A DNA stretch of 64,000 nt from Verrucomicrobiota bacterium (GCA_022710935.1 JAKLFY010000010.1:19562-83561), one strand, 5' to 3'; counted from the first letter of the stretch, positions 18,498 through 28,184 are shown. Translations and numbers: made by a program. The notes: generated from the letters alone by a model not told the origin.

Positions 18498-21400
18498 ATG
18501 AATCGTCACAATTGGTTTCGCCTCCGCCGCCCGGTGTCGGACACAGCCGCCCGAATGCAGCCTTCGATGAGGGATCGACTGTGGATCGCGGCCGTCTGGT
18601 TGAGCGCGCTTGTGGCGGCGTCCGTCTGGACGCGCGCTGCCCTTGTGGTCAACGAGGTCTGCTACGACAACTCGGCTTTCGCCGACGAGACCGGCGACAC
18701 GAGTTCGGATTGGATCGAGCTCTACAACTCCGGGCCCGGCAGTGTCAACGTGTCGAATTACGGGTTGGGAGACGGCAATCCTTACGACGAAGCCAAAGGT
18801 GTCAGGTTGCCGAACTACGTGATTGCGCCTGGAGGCACGCTGGTGGTCTTCGCCAACTCCGATCTGCCCGAATACACGGCGTGGACCAACGCCCCGGACA
18901 TTGCGCTGATTGGGGAGAATACGGTCTGGAGGTATGCCTCCGATTCGGGCGCGCCGGCGGCCGCCTGGAAGTCCGCCGGCTTCAACGACAGCGCCTGGGC
19001 TTCAGGCATGGCGCCTCTCGGCTACAACGACCGCACGCTCGACCTGGACTGCGCGACGATCCTGGCTTACGGGGCCAATCCGGACAGCCGCCATCCGGCG
19101 GCGTATTTCCGGAAGACATTCAACGTCATCAACCCGTCTGTGATCACCGGCCTGGTGGTCAAGGCCCGTGTCAATGATGGCATGGTCGTCTATCTGAACG
19201 GCACTGAAGTCCTGCGCCAGAACATGCCCGCCGGCGCAGTCAGCCACGCCACGCTTGCCTCGATGGAGGTCCCGCCCACCTGGTGGACCACGAACGCTTT
19301 GCCCGCGACCGGTTTGTCTCAGGGCGCCAACGTGTTGGCAGTCGAGGTGCACCAGGCCTCCGTGTCGAGTGCCGACTTGATCATGGATTTGACCCTCACG
19401 GCGTTGGTCAACGAGCAGGTGCCCATCATTCATGGCCGCTTCGGCCTGAGCAAGGACGGCGAGCATGTGCATCTGTTCAACAATTCCCTCACGCGCATCC
19501 ACAGACTCGATTCTCCAGGTTACGAGATCGGCGAAAACAAGTCGTACGGACTTGTGCCGGACGGTTTCACCGGCGCTATGAAGGTGTACGAGATCCCCAC
19601 ACCCGGTCTGCCCAATGCCACGTACGAGACGAAGTACGCCGAGACGCTGGTTTCGCAAAAGCCGACTTTCTCGATCCCGCCGGGTGTCTATGCGTCCGGG
19701 CAAAGCGTGGTCCTCAGGACAATGACCGCGGGTTACAGGGTGTTTTACACGTTGGATGGGAGCGATCCGCGGGACTCGACGGCGTTCGTCTACAGCGGCA
19801 ATGCGGTGTCGGTCAGCGCCGCGGCCCCCTTGACCTCCGGACTCTCGTGGGTCCGGACCAGCCCGGTGGAGATCGCCGACGCTGTGCCGGGTGCCGCCTG
19901 GCAGGCCCCGCTCGGGAGCGTGACCAGGGCGGTGGTGTTGCGGGCCATCGCCGTCTCGGCCGACAACAAACACTGCTCTCCCGAGACACGTGGCACCTAT
20001 TTCATCGGACCGGGTTTCGCGAACCGCGCATTGCCGACCGTCTCCCTGATCACCGACGCGAGCAATCTCTTCGGGTTCACGTCCGGCCTCTACGTGCCGG
20101 GGAAGTACTACGCCGATTCCCCCGAAGGATACGGGCAGAACAAATGGGGAAAGCCTCACGCCAATTATCATCAGGAGAGCGAGGATGACAGTTGGGAGCG
20201 CCCGGTGCAGATCGAGTTCTTCGAGACCAATCAGACAAAGGCTGCGTTCACTCAGCTTTTGGGCGTGGCCATGCACGGCGGCGGGACACGGGCAATGCCG
20301 CAAAAGGCCCTTTACCTGCTGGCCCGCCTGGGCGAATACGGGGCGGACCGGGTCCAATATCGACTCTTTCCGGACGAAGCCGCGACCGAGTACAAGCGGT
20401 TCCTGCTGCGCAGCAGCGGCAACGACTGGTATGGGCCAGACCATGCCGGGGTCGCCACCATGCTCAAGGACGCCGTGTTTCACAGAATGGTCCGAGGGCT
20501 GGACATCTCGGTGATGGCTTACCGGCCGACCGTGGTTTACATCAACGGCGAGTACTGGGGGATCCATAACCTGCGCGAGAGTTTCGACAAGCATTACCTT
20601 GCCACCCGTTACGGACTCGAGGCTGACAACTGCGACATTCTCATGCATGAGGAGGACCCGCTCGACAAAGACAAGGTCCGGATCGAGCGGATCGACGGCG
20701 ACAGGAACGCCGATGAAGAGTATGAGGCGCTCATCGACTGGATCCAGGCGAACCCGCCGAGCCAACCCGAGAACTACGCCCAGCTTCAGACGTCGATCGA
20801 TGTCAACAACTATGCGGATTACATCATCGCCGAGACGTTTTTCGCCAACACCGATTGGCCCATCAACAATTGCGATTTCTGGAGAGCCCACACCAACCAG
20901 GTCGCCTCCTCCGGCAAGTACGGCGACACACGCTGGCGCTGGATGCTCTATGACCTGGATGTCGCCGGCGCGGAAGGGTCCGGTTTCGACATGTTCGCCT
21001 ATCTCTCCTCGAAGAACATGACAGGCGGCAGGGAGCCCGGTTTCCTGATCAATCAGCTCTGGTCGAACATGGATTTCAGGAACCGTTTCGTGACGCGCTA
21101 CGCCAACCTGCTCAACACCACCTTCCGCCCCGAGCGCCTCCAACGCATTATCTCCGATGCCGCCGCCGTCATCGCGCCCGAAATCGAGACACACTTCCGC
21201 CGCTGGGGCCGCGCCTACACGGAGGCGCAGTGGCTCGACGCGGTCAGCCAGGTCCTGGTCCAGTATACGGCCACCCGCCACGACGTCTCGTGGGACCATC
21301 TGGACCAACACTTCGGCCTCGGAGGAACCGGGACACTGACGGTCAAGAACAACGATCCCGGCGGAGCAGGCGGGCGGTTTGCCGTCAACGGCGTCGTTAT

Positions 21401-22064
21401 TGACACGACAACCGAGGGCGTGGCCGACCGCGCCGAGTGGACTGGCAGATTTTTCCGCAGCCTGCCTGTCCCGGTGCAGGCCGTGCCAGACGCCGGCTAT
21501 CTGTTCGACGGCTGGGTGGGCACGGCAATCGCGAATCCCAGCCCCGCTGTGTTCGTTGGCCAAATGCCGGTGACGCTGGTGGGCCGATTCCGCCCCGACT
21601 CCGCCCCGGCTCATGTGCCGACAGGCTACGAGCGGTGGCAGGTGGCGAATTACAGCGAACAGGAGATTCTGGGCGGTGCGGCCGCCTCACCCGAGGCCCC
21701 ATCCGGCTTCGCGGGGATGAGCAACTTCGCGCTCTACGCCTTCGGCATGCGGCGCAATGACGGAATGACCGACGAAGAGCGCTTCGCCCGATCCTCGGTG
21801 TCGATCCGCGGCCAGGACGACGGGCTCTGGCTCGGGTATGCGCGTCTGAACAGCAGCTTCACCGACGTTCGATATACCTTGAAGATTGCGCACAATCTGA
21901 GCGCGCCGATCGCATGGCGCGACGCGGTCGTCGGCGTCGATCTCGATCCGGCCACGGTCACCCACGTGCTGGACGAGAACACCTGGCAGGTCGAAGTCCG
22001 TCTCCCCGCGATCTCGCCGGAGCGTGACACCCGCTATTTCATGCTCGAGGCCGCACCCCAGTAG
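18498..22064 (+). CDS. Secreted lamin-tail-domain (LTD) + CotH kinase-family protein
   Basis: LTD-like LVVNEVCYDN...SDWIELYNSGPGSVNVSNYGLGD; a chitobiase-like FYTLDGSDP segment; and a CotH core (KRFLLRSSGNDW, VYINGEYWGIHNLRESFDKHYL, DFWRAH). The C-terminus has a GYLFDGW repeat-type domain. ATG at 18498; alternatives at 18555 and 18567. Confidence 0.8.
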   Translation: MNRHNWFRLRRPVSDTAARMQPSMRDRLWIAAVWLSALVAASVWTRAALVVNEVCYDNSAFADETGDTSSDWIELYNSGPGSVNVSNYGLGDGNPYDEAKGVRLPNYVIAPGGTLVVFANSDLPEYTAWTNAPDIALIGENTVWRYASDSGAPAAAWKSAGFNDSAWASGMAPLGYNDRTLDLDCATILAYGANPDSRHPAAYFRKTFNVINPSVITGLVVKARVNDGMVVYLNGTEVLRQNMPAGAVSHATLASMEVPPTWWTTNALPATGLSQGANVLAVEVHQASVSSADLIMDLTLTALVNEQVPIIHGRFGLSKDGEHVHLFNNSLTRIHRLDSPGYEIGENKSYGLVPDGFTGAMKVYEIPTPGLPNATYETKYAETLVSQKPTFSIPPGVYASGQSVVLRTMTAGYRVFYTLDGSDPRDSTAFVYSGNAVSVSAAAPLTSGLSWVRTSPVEIADAVPGAAWQAPLGSVTRAVVLRAIAVSADNKHCSPETRGTYFIGPGFANRALPTVSLITDASNLFGFTSGLYVPGKYYADSPEGYGQNKWGKPHANYHQESEDDSWERPVQIEFFETNQTKAAFTQLLGVAMHGGGTRAMPQKALYLLARLGEYGADRVQYRLFPDEAATEYKRFLLRSSGNDWYGPDHAGVATMLKDAVFHRMVRGLDISVMAYRPTVVYINGEYWGIHNLRESFDKHYLATRYGLEADNCDILMHEEDPLDKDKVRIERIDGDRNADEEYEALIDWIQANPPSQPENYAQLQTSIDVNNYADYIIAETFFANTDWPINNCDFWRAHTNQVASSGKYGDTRWRWMLYDLDVAGAEGSGFDMFAYLSSKNMTGGREPGFLINQLWSNMDFRNRFVTRYANLLNTTFRPERLQRIISDAAAVIAPEIETHFRRWGRAYTEAQWLDAVSQVLVQYTATRHDVSWDHLDQHFGLGGTGTLTVKNNDPGGAGGRFAVNGVVIDTTTEGVADRAEWTGRFFRSLPVPVQAVPDAGYLFDGWVGTAIANPSPAVFVGQMPVTLVGRFRPDSAPAHVPTGYERWQVANYSEQEILGGAAASPEAPSGFAGMSNFALYAFGMRRNDGMTDEERFARSSVSIRGQDDGLWLGYARLNSSFTDVRYTLKIAHNLSAPIAWRDAVVGVDLDPATVTHVLDENTWQVEVRLPAISPERDTRYFMLEAAPQ

Positions 22065-22078
22065 ACGGGACCACCCGC

Positions 22079-22807
22079 ATGCCGTACCGGTTCCTCAATC
22101 TCGACGAGGCGGCGGAGCACCTCCATCTTCGACGCACGCAACTCGAGAGTCTTGTCAAAGACCGGCTCGTCCCGTTCGAGACCCGCGGTGACCGCACGGT
22201 GTTCCGCAGGCAGGACCTGGACGATTGGGCGTCGCGCCACATCCTGGGGGCGGCGGCGGGCGAGTCGGCGCGACACGACGAATCCTCGTGGCCGCACGCC
22301 TGCGCCCTGTCATCCGACGCGCCGCTCCTGCCCCGCCTGATCCGGCCCGATCAGATTGACGCGGCCATGACGGCAAAGACCAAGGCCGCCGTGCTGCACG
22401 ATCTGGTCGACATGGCCAAGCGCACGGGATGGGTTTGCGATCCGCAGGAACTGACGGCCAGCCTCCAGGCTCGAGAGGCCCTCTGCTCGACGGCGGTGCC
22501 GGGCGGGGTGGCGTTTCTCCACCCGCGTTCCCAGGACCCATACCGGTTCACTGCGTCCTTTCTGCTTCTGGGCCGCACGGTCTGTCCGATTCACTATGGC
22601 GCCCCCGACGGTCTGCCCACCGAGTTGTTTTTCATGCTCGGTTGTCAGGAGGACCGACTGCACCTGCACACGCTGGCGCGTCTGTGCCTGGTGGCCCAGA
22701 AGACCGACGTGCTCGAGCGGTTGCGCGCCGCTCCGGATTCGTGTGCCATGCACGCGTGCCTGCTGACAGCGGAAGAGACCGTGCTGCAAAAGGGGGCGGT
22801 CCGATAA
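22079..22807 (+). CDS. Helix-turn-helix (excisionase/MerR-like) domain fused to PTS EIIA type-2 (PtsN-like) domain
   Basis: N-terminus FLNLDEAAEHLHLRRTQLESLVKDRLVPF...RTVFRRQDLDDWA. The C-terminus has the EIIA-2 pattern ...REALCSTAVPGGVAFLHPR... with a conserved His, plus ...TELFFMLG. ATG lies 15 nt after the CotH stop. Confidence 0.7.
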   Translation: MPYRFLNLDEAAEHLHLRRTQLESLVKDRLVPFETRGDRTVFRRQDLDDWASRHILGAAAGESARHDESSWPHACALSSDAPLLPRLIRPDQIDAAMTAKTKAAVLHDLVDMAKRTGWVCDPQELTASLQAREALCSTAVPGGVAFLHPRSQDPYRFTASFLLLGRTVCPIHYGAPDGLPTELFFMLGCQEDRLHLHTLARLCLVAQKTDVLERLRAAPDSCAMHACLLTAEETVLQKGAVR

Positions 22808-23253
22808 TCCGAAGCCGAGGCATTCCGGTCGGTCCGGCCACGGCTGTTATCCAGGGCGATATCCATGATGCAGCGCCGGGCCAAGGAACCCGGTCTCCAA
22901 CCCCGCGGGCCGCATGGCCTCACGCGGCGGAACGTGTCTAGCGCGTCATCTTCGCATCGAGTGTCCCGGCGCGGCGATTCGCCAGATGGGGCGGGCGGTT
23001 TCCTGGCGACCTTGTTCATCAATTCTCGGACCGACCCCTTTTCTCCAAAAAATGGCGCGCTTTCGCCAATTCCGGACGAGTGAATCGGCGCGGGAATCTC
23101 TAACCTGACCGCGGTGGCTGAATTGCCGTTGGAACTGCCCGGGCGCGGATTCCCTTGCATTTCGGGGCGGATGTCTGGCGGCACGCGGGATGACGTGGAT
23201 TCGGCCCAAGAGCGGGTTGCTGCTTCGCGGGGCGGCCTTGAAAGATTACGAGT

Positions 23254-25353
23254 ATGCTTGAGACATTGCTTTACCCACAGACCGTGGCGGTCATTGGTGC
23301 GTCACGGAATCCGGAGAAGGTCGGCTACGCCTTCATGCACAACCTGACCCGTGGCGGGTTCAAGGGCACGATCGTCCCGATCAACCTGGAAGCCTCGGAG
23401 ATCCTCGGCGTCAAGTGCTACAAGAACCTCGGGGAGTACGGAGGCAAGATCGACCTGAGCGTCGTGGTGGTGGGGGGCAAGTACGTCAGACAGGCCATCC
23501 AGGACTCGATCGATGCCGGCGCCAAGACCGTGATTGTCATCACCGCCGGGTTCAAGGAGGTCGGCGCCAAGGGCGCCGAGGCCGAGAAGGAGCTGGTCGC
23601 GCTCTGTCAGGCGCACGGCGTGCGGATGATGGGGCCCAACTGTCTGGGCGTGCTGAACACGCACCATGCCATGAACGCCACCTTTGCGCCCACGGTGCCG
23701 CCGCCCGGCCACATCTCGGTCATCTCGCAGTCCGGCGCCTTGTGCGTGGCCATCCTCGACTGGGCGGCAAGCCAGGAGTTGGGTCTCGGCAAGGTCATCA
23801 GCTTCGGGAACAAGGCGGACCTGAACGAAGTCGACTTCATCCAGGCGCTTGCGGAGGACAAGGAGACGCGGGTGATCGCGGGTTATCTCGAGAGCATCAA
23901 GGAGGGGGACAAGTTCCTGCGCGTTGCCGAGCAGGCGGCGGCTGTCAAGCCGGTCGTGATTCTCAAGGTGGGCATCACCCAGGCCGGGGCCAAGGCGGCC
24001 TCTTCCCACACCGGCAGCCTCGCCGGAGCCGACATCGCGTACGGCGCGGCGTTCAAGCGCTCGGGCGTCATCCGGGCGGAGAATTTCGAGGCGTTGTTCG
24101 ACTACGCCATGGCCTTTTCCACCCAACCGCTCCCCGCCGGTGAGCGGGTCTGTGTCATCACCAACGCGGGCGGTCCGGGCATCATGGCGGCCGACGCGGC
24201 CGAGACAATGGGGCTCAAGATGGTGGTTCCGGGGGATGCGACCAAGGAGCGACTGCGCGCGGTGCTGCCCGCGACCGCCTCGTTTGGCAATCCTGTGGAT
24301 GTGATCGGCGATGCCGAACCGGAGCGGTACCTCAAGGCCTTCGAGATCCTGCAGGAGGACGACACGATCGACGCGATTCTGGTTGTTGCCACGCCGCAGA
24401 ACATGACACGGCCGCTCGAGTTGGCTGAGAAGCTGGCGGCGGCCAACAAGGGGAAAAAGCCGCTGCTCACCGCGTTCATGGGCGGCGAGGAGGTGGCAGC
24501 GGGCAAGGCGCGGCTCATGGAACTCGGGATTCCGAACTATCCGGCGCCCGACCGCGCGGTGGCCGCGTTGCGGGCCATGTGCGATTACGCGGCGTGGCGA
24601 CGGCGCCCGGCTCGGATTGTAAGCCGGTTCCCGGTCAATCGCCGCCGCGTCGACCGCGTCATTCAATGGCACACCCGGAGCGATATCGAGCGGGTGGGCG
24701 AAGTCGAGGCCAAGGACATCCTGCGCGCCTACGATTTCAAGATTCTTCCGGGCGCATTGGCGAAGGATGCCGACGAAGCCGTCGACGTGGCCAACCGGAT
24801 CGGTTACCCGGTCGTGCTCAAGATCTCGTCCCCGGACATCGTTCACAAATCGGACTTCGGCGGCGTGCGGATCAACCTCGCCGCGGCGGAGCAGGTGCGT
24901 GATGCCTTTGACCTGATGATGCTGCGCGTCCAGAGGCGCGCGCCCAACGCCTTCATCCGGGGCGCCTACGTCGAGAAGATGGGCCACCGCGGGCGCGAGG
25001 TCATTCTTGGGATGACAAGGGACCCGCAGTTCGGACCGATGCTCATGTTCGGTCTGGGCGGCATTTTTGTTGAGGTCATGAAGGACGTGACGTTCCACCT
25101 GGCGCCGATCACGCAGGAGGAGGCGATGCAGATGCTCATGGGGACGCGCTCGTATGCCTTGCTGAAAGGGGCGCGCGGCCAGGCGCCCGTCGACCTCCAT
25201 GCGCTCGCCAGCGCGCTCCAGCGCATCAGCCAACTGGCGACCGATTATCCCGAGATCAGGGAGCTGGACATCAACCCCTACATTGTGGGCGAAGTGGGCA
25301 CGGAGGCCTACGCCGCCGACGCCCGGATGACCCTCTCCAAACTTGCGAACTAA
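23254..25353 (+). CDS. ADP-forming acetyl-CoA synthetase / acetate--CoA ligase family protein (fused alpha-beta, CoA-binding + ATP-grasp)
   Basis: TVAVIGASRNPEKVGY (CoA-binding Rossmann); a phosphohistidine loop SSHTGSLAGAD; and a C-terminal ATP-grasp region (YPVVLKISSPDIVHKSDFGGV). Length 699 aa. Confidence 0.85.
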   Translation: MLETLLYPQTVAVIGASRNPEKVGYAFMHNLTRGGFKGTIVPINLEASEILGVKCYKNLGEYGGKIDLSVVVVGGKYVRQAIQDSIDAGAKTVIVITAGFKEVGAKGAEAEKELVALCQAHGVRMMGPNCLGVLNTHHAMNATFAPTVPPPGHISVISQSGALCVAILDWAASQELGLGKVISFGNKADLNEVDFIQALAEDKETRVIAGYLESIKEGDKFLRVAEQAAAVKPVVILKVGITQAGAKAASSHTGSLAGADIAYGAAFKRSGVIRAENFEALFDYAMAFSTQPLPAGERVCVITNAGGPGIMAADAAETMGLKMVVPGDATKERLRAVLPATASFGNPVDVIGDAEPERYLKAFEILQEDDTIDAILVVATPQNMTRPLELAEKLAAANKGKKPLLTAFMGGEEVAAGKARLMELGIPNYPAPDRAVAALRAMCDYAAWRRRPARIVSRFPVNRRRVDRVIQWHTRSDIERVGEVEAKDILRAYDFKILPGALAKDADEAVDVANRIGYPVVLKISSPDIVHKSDFGGVRINLAAAEQVRDAFDLMMLRVQRRAPNAFIRGAYVEKMGHRGREVILGMTRDPQFGPMLMFGLGGIFVEVMKDVTFHLAPITQEEAMQMLMGTRSYALLKGARGQAPVDLHALASALQRISQLATDYPEIRELDINPYIVGEVGTEAYAADARMTLSKLAN

Positions 25354-25354
25354 C

Positions 25355-27232
25355 ATGAAGAACATCAACGTCACTTACGATCCGGAGTGGAGAGAGAAGT
25401 ATAAGTCGATGACGGCCACGCCCGACGAGGCTGTGGCCAAGATCCGCCCCGGTCAGCGCATCTTCATCGGCACCGGGTGCGCGGAACCGCTCCAGTTGGT
25501 CAGTGCTCTCACAAAACGGGCCTACGAACTTCCCGACACCGAGATCATTCATCTGCTGACTTTCGGCGACGCCCCCTATGCCCACAAGGAAATGACCCAG
25601 TTCTTTCGGGTCAATAGCTTCTTCATCGCGGAGAACGTCCGGGGCATCATTCAGGAAGGCCTGGGGGACTACACCCCCATCCATCTTTCCGATGTCCCGG
25701 GGCTCTTCAACTCGGGTCAGTTGCCCCTGGATGCCGCCCTGATCCAGGTCACGCCCCCGGACGAGCGCGGCATGTGCAGTCTGGGTGTGTCCGTCGACGT
25801 TGTGAAATGCGCAACCGAGAACGCGTCGCTCGTCATCGCACAGGTGAATCCCAACATGCCCCGCACCCTCGGCGATTCGTTCGTGCATGTGTATGACCTG
25901 GATGTTCTCGTGCCTGTCGACGATCCCATCCTCGAAGTTCCGGAGATGGAGTTGACCGAGGAGACAAAGCAAATCGGCGAGAACATCGCGGCCCTGATCG
26001 ACGACGGCGCGACCATCGAGGTGGGCATCGGTCGGATTCCGCAGGCCCTGCTGGGATTTCTGAAGGACAAGAAGGACCTGGGTGTGCACACCGAGATGGT
26101 CTCCGACCGGATTGTCGAGCTCGTCCAGTCGGGCGCGGTCAACGGCTCGCGAAAGACCGTCGATCGCGGCAAGATTGTGGCCAGCTTTTGCCTGGGGACC
26201 AAGCAGTTGTACGAGTTCATCGACAACAACCCGATGTTCGCCTTTCACCCCACGGAGTACGTGAATGATCCCCACGTGATCAGCCAGCAAAACAAGATGG
26301 TGGCGATCAACGTCGCCCTCGAAGTCGATCTGACCGGCCAGGTGTGCGCGGACTCGATCGGCACCCGGTTCTTTTCGGGCGTGGGTGGCCAGGTTGATTT
26401 CAACCGGGGCGCGGCCAAGGCCCACGGCGGAAAGGCGATTATCGCCCTGCCCTCGACCGCCAAGAACGGCACCATCTCCCGGATCGTCACGCGCCTCAGT
26501 CCGGGCGCGGGAGTCGTCACAACGCGCGCCGGGGTGAACTACGTCGTCACCGAGTACGGCGTCGCTTATCTGCACGGCAAGAGCATTCAGGAGCGTGCGC
26601 TGGCCCTGATCTGCATCGCCCATCCGAACTACCGCGCCCAGTTGCTGCGGGAGGCCATCGAGGCCAAGTACCTCTCCGCCTCCATGTCCGACAAGGAGGG
26701 CAAGATCCACGTCGGCCCCAAGGAACTGCGCACGACCCACCTTCTGGCTGATGGCACCCAGATCAACTTCCGCCCAATTCACCCGACCGATGAGCCGCGA
26801 ATGCGCGATCTGTTCTACGCCTTGTCGCAGCAGACGATGTATTACCGGTTCATGAGTTTTCGCCGCGCCGTCCCGCGCCGGGAGCTTCAGGAGTTCGTCT
26901 ACATCGACCATCGCAACGACGTGACCGTCGTCGCGACATTGCCCGAGGCGCACGGCGAGAACATCATCGCCGTCGGCAGTTACTATCTGGATCCCAAACA
27001 CAACATGGCCGAGGTCGCCTTCGTCGTTCACGACGAATGGCAGAATCGCGGGATCGGCACCGCGATGCTGCGCTACCTGATCCGCACGGCGCGCCGCAAC
27101 GGCATTCACGGCTTCACGGCCGAAGTGCTCACGGACAACAAGGCCATGCAGGCCGTGTTCAACAAGAGCAACTGCAAAATCAAGACACGCTTCGCCGGCA
27201 ACGTCGTCAGCTTCGAGATGACTTTCGATTAG
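25355..27232 (+). CDS. Acetyl-CoA hydrolase/transferase family domain fused to C-terminal GNAT acetyltransferase
   Basis: CoA-transferase motifs GIGRIPQAL, EMVSD and SGVGGQVDF. From about 26751 there is a GNAT fold with acetyl-CoA loop WQNRGIGTAMLRYL. ATG lies 1 nt after the stop of the preceding gene. Confidence 0.8.
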   Translation: MKNINVTYDPEWREKYKSMTATPDEAVAKIRPGQRIFIGTGCAEPLQLVSALTKRAYELPDTEIIHLLTFGDAPYAHKEMTQFFRVNSFFIAENVRGIIQEGLGDYTPIHLSDVPGLFNSGQLPLDAALIQVTPPDERGMCSLGVSVDVVKCATENASLVIAQVNPNMPRTLGDSFVHVYDLDVLVPVDDPILEVPEMELTEETKQIGENIAALIDDGATIEVGIGRIPQALLGFLKDKKDLGVHTEMVSDRIVELVQSGAVNGSRKTVDRGKIVASFCLGTKQLYEFIDNNPMFAFHPTEYVNDPHVISQQNKMVAINVALEVDLTGQVCADSIGTRFFSGVGGQVDFNRGAAKAHGGKAIIALPSTAKNGTISRIVTRLSPGAGVVTTRAGVNYVVTEYGVAYLHGKSIQERALALICIAHPNYRAQLLREAIEAKYLSASMSDKEGKIHVGPKELRTTHLLADGTQINFRPIHPTDEPRMRDLFYALSQQTMYYRFMSFRRAVPRRELQEFVYIDHRNDVTVVATLPEAHGENIIAVGSYYLDPKHNMAEVAFVVHDEWQNRGIGTAMLRYLIRTARRNGIHGFTAEVLTDNKAMQAVFNKSNCKIKTRFAGNVVSFEMTFD

Positions 27233-27312
27233 CGAGCCTCGGCCTCAGACCGATGAGGCTGCACACAGCGTCAGAAGCTGCGCCGCTTGAGGACACCACA
27301 AGCCAACAGCAT

Positions 27313-27428
27313 TGTAGGCCGGGTCCCCTGACCCGGCGCTTGCGCCGGTGTCTGTTCTCGCGCCGCGTGAGGGCACGCGGCCTACAACACCGACGTCTGC
27401 CTCTAGTAGGCCGGGTCCCCTGACCCGG
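27313..27428. repeat. Cluster of three REP-like hairpins (forward, reverse, forward)
   Basis: TGTAGG-CCGGGTC-CCCT-GACCCGG at 27319-27336; reversed CCGCGTG-AGGG-CACGCGG-CCTACAA at 27363-27380; TAGTAGG-CCGGGTC-CCCT-GACCCGG at 27411-27428. Confidence 0.8.
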
Positions 27429-27652
27429 GGCAGCATCATCCAATGGTGAGTTGGGAGGGTGCACTCCACGGACCTCTGACCCCGTCCCTCCCTCATCCGA
27501 TGCTCATCCTCGCGGCGGCGTGCTGCCCGCCCTCACCCGATTCGGCACGCGACTTGCTAATCCTCAGAATCGAACCGGGCGCAGCGTGAGCGGCGGGAGC
27601 CACTAGCACGGTCGAGTTGACCGGGCAAATCCTGCGCGCGGTCCAACGAGCC

Positions 27653-27982
27653 ATGTATGGCATGATGCAAGCGGCGGCATTGAAACCACACGATGGGGCG
27701 GCGCGGTACTCGGCTAAGCGCATGCTCAAGCCGGTCAATTTCTTCTGCAACGCGCCCGAGGCGCGTCATGTCACGGTGATCGGAGACTTCAATGACTGGC
27801 AGGCGGACGCGAATCCGATGCGCCGCCAACCCGACGGGGGCTGGGCGGCGCAGATTCCGCTGCACCACGGGCATCATCTCTACCTCTTCCTCGTGGACGG
27901 CCAACCCCTGCTCGATCCCCGCGCCCAGGGCTATGCGAGGAATGCGCGCAACGAACGGGTCTCGATGATCGCCGTCAGCTAG
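27653..27982 (+). CDS. Stand-alone CBM48 / glycogen-binding (isoamylase N-terminal, E-set) domain protein
   Basis: VNFFCNAPEARHVTVIGDFNDWQADANPMRRQPDGGWAAQIPLHHGHHLYLFLVDGQPLLDP matches the CBM48/AMPK-beta GBD pattern. The start is uncertain: ATG at 27653, 27662 or 27722, or TTG at 27617. Confidence 0.6.
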   Translation: MYGMMQAAALKPHDGAARYSAKRMLKPVNFFCNAPEARHVTVIGDFNDWQADANPMRRQPDGGWAAQIPLHHGHHLYLFLVDGQPLLDPRAQGYARNARNERVSMIAVS

Positions 27983-28114
27983 CCCGCATCGATCACTGGC
28001 TCCGCGCTGAACCTGATCCGGGCTAGTGTGGTGTCTCACAATTGGCTGGTGTTTCGTTGTGCCCAAAACGGCCTGGAGCGAGGCGCGAGGAAGGAGCATC
28101 CCCCAAGAAACTCG

Positions 28115-28156
28115 TTGACATCATCCAAGCCATGTACTATGTAAGACAAGGTACAT
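28115..28156 (+). promoter_or_regulatory. Sigma-70-like promoter overlapped by a PadR-type palindrome
   Basis: TTGACA (28115-28120), a 17-nt spacer, then TATGTA (28138-28143) in a locally AT-rich patch. Inverted repeat ATGTAC (28132-28137) / GTACAT (28151-28156) is present, plus ATGT-N10-ACAT. It lies 29 nt upstream of the ATG at 28185, with GAGAGGA as a possible RBS. Confidence 0.45.
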
Positions 28157-28184
28157 ATGAACACGCGGTAGAGAGGAACGCAGC

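Noticed and set aside
19002-27109. Long minus-strand ORFs 19002-21614, 23302-25374 and 25271-27109
   Set aside because: They are mirror images of the CotH, ACD and CoA-transferase-GNAT genes. They are low-complexity and R/G/P/H-rich with no motifs, while the plus-strand partners carry clear catalytic motifs.
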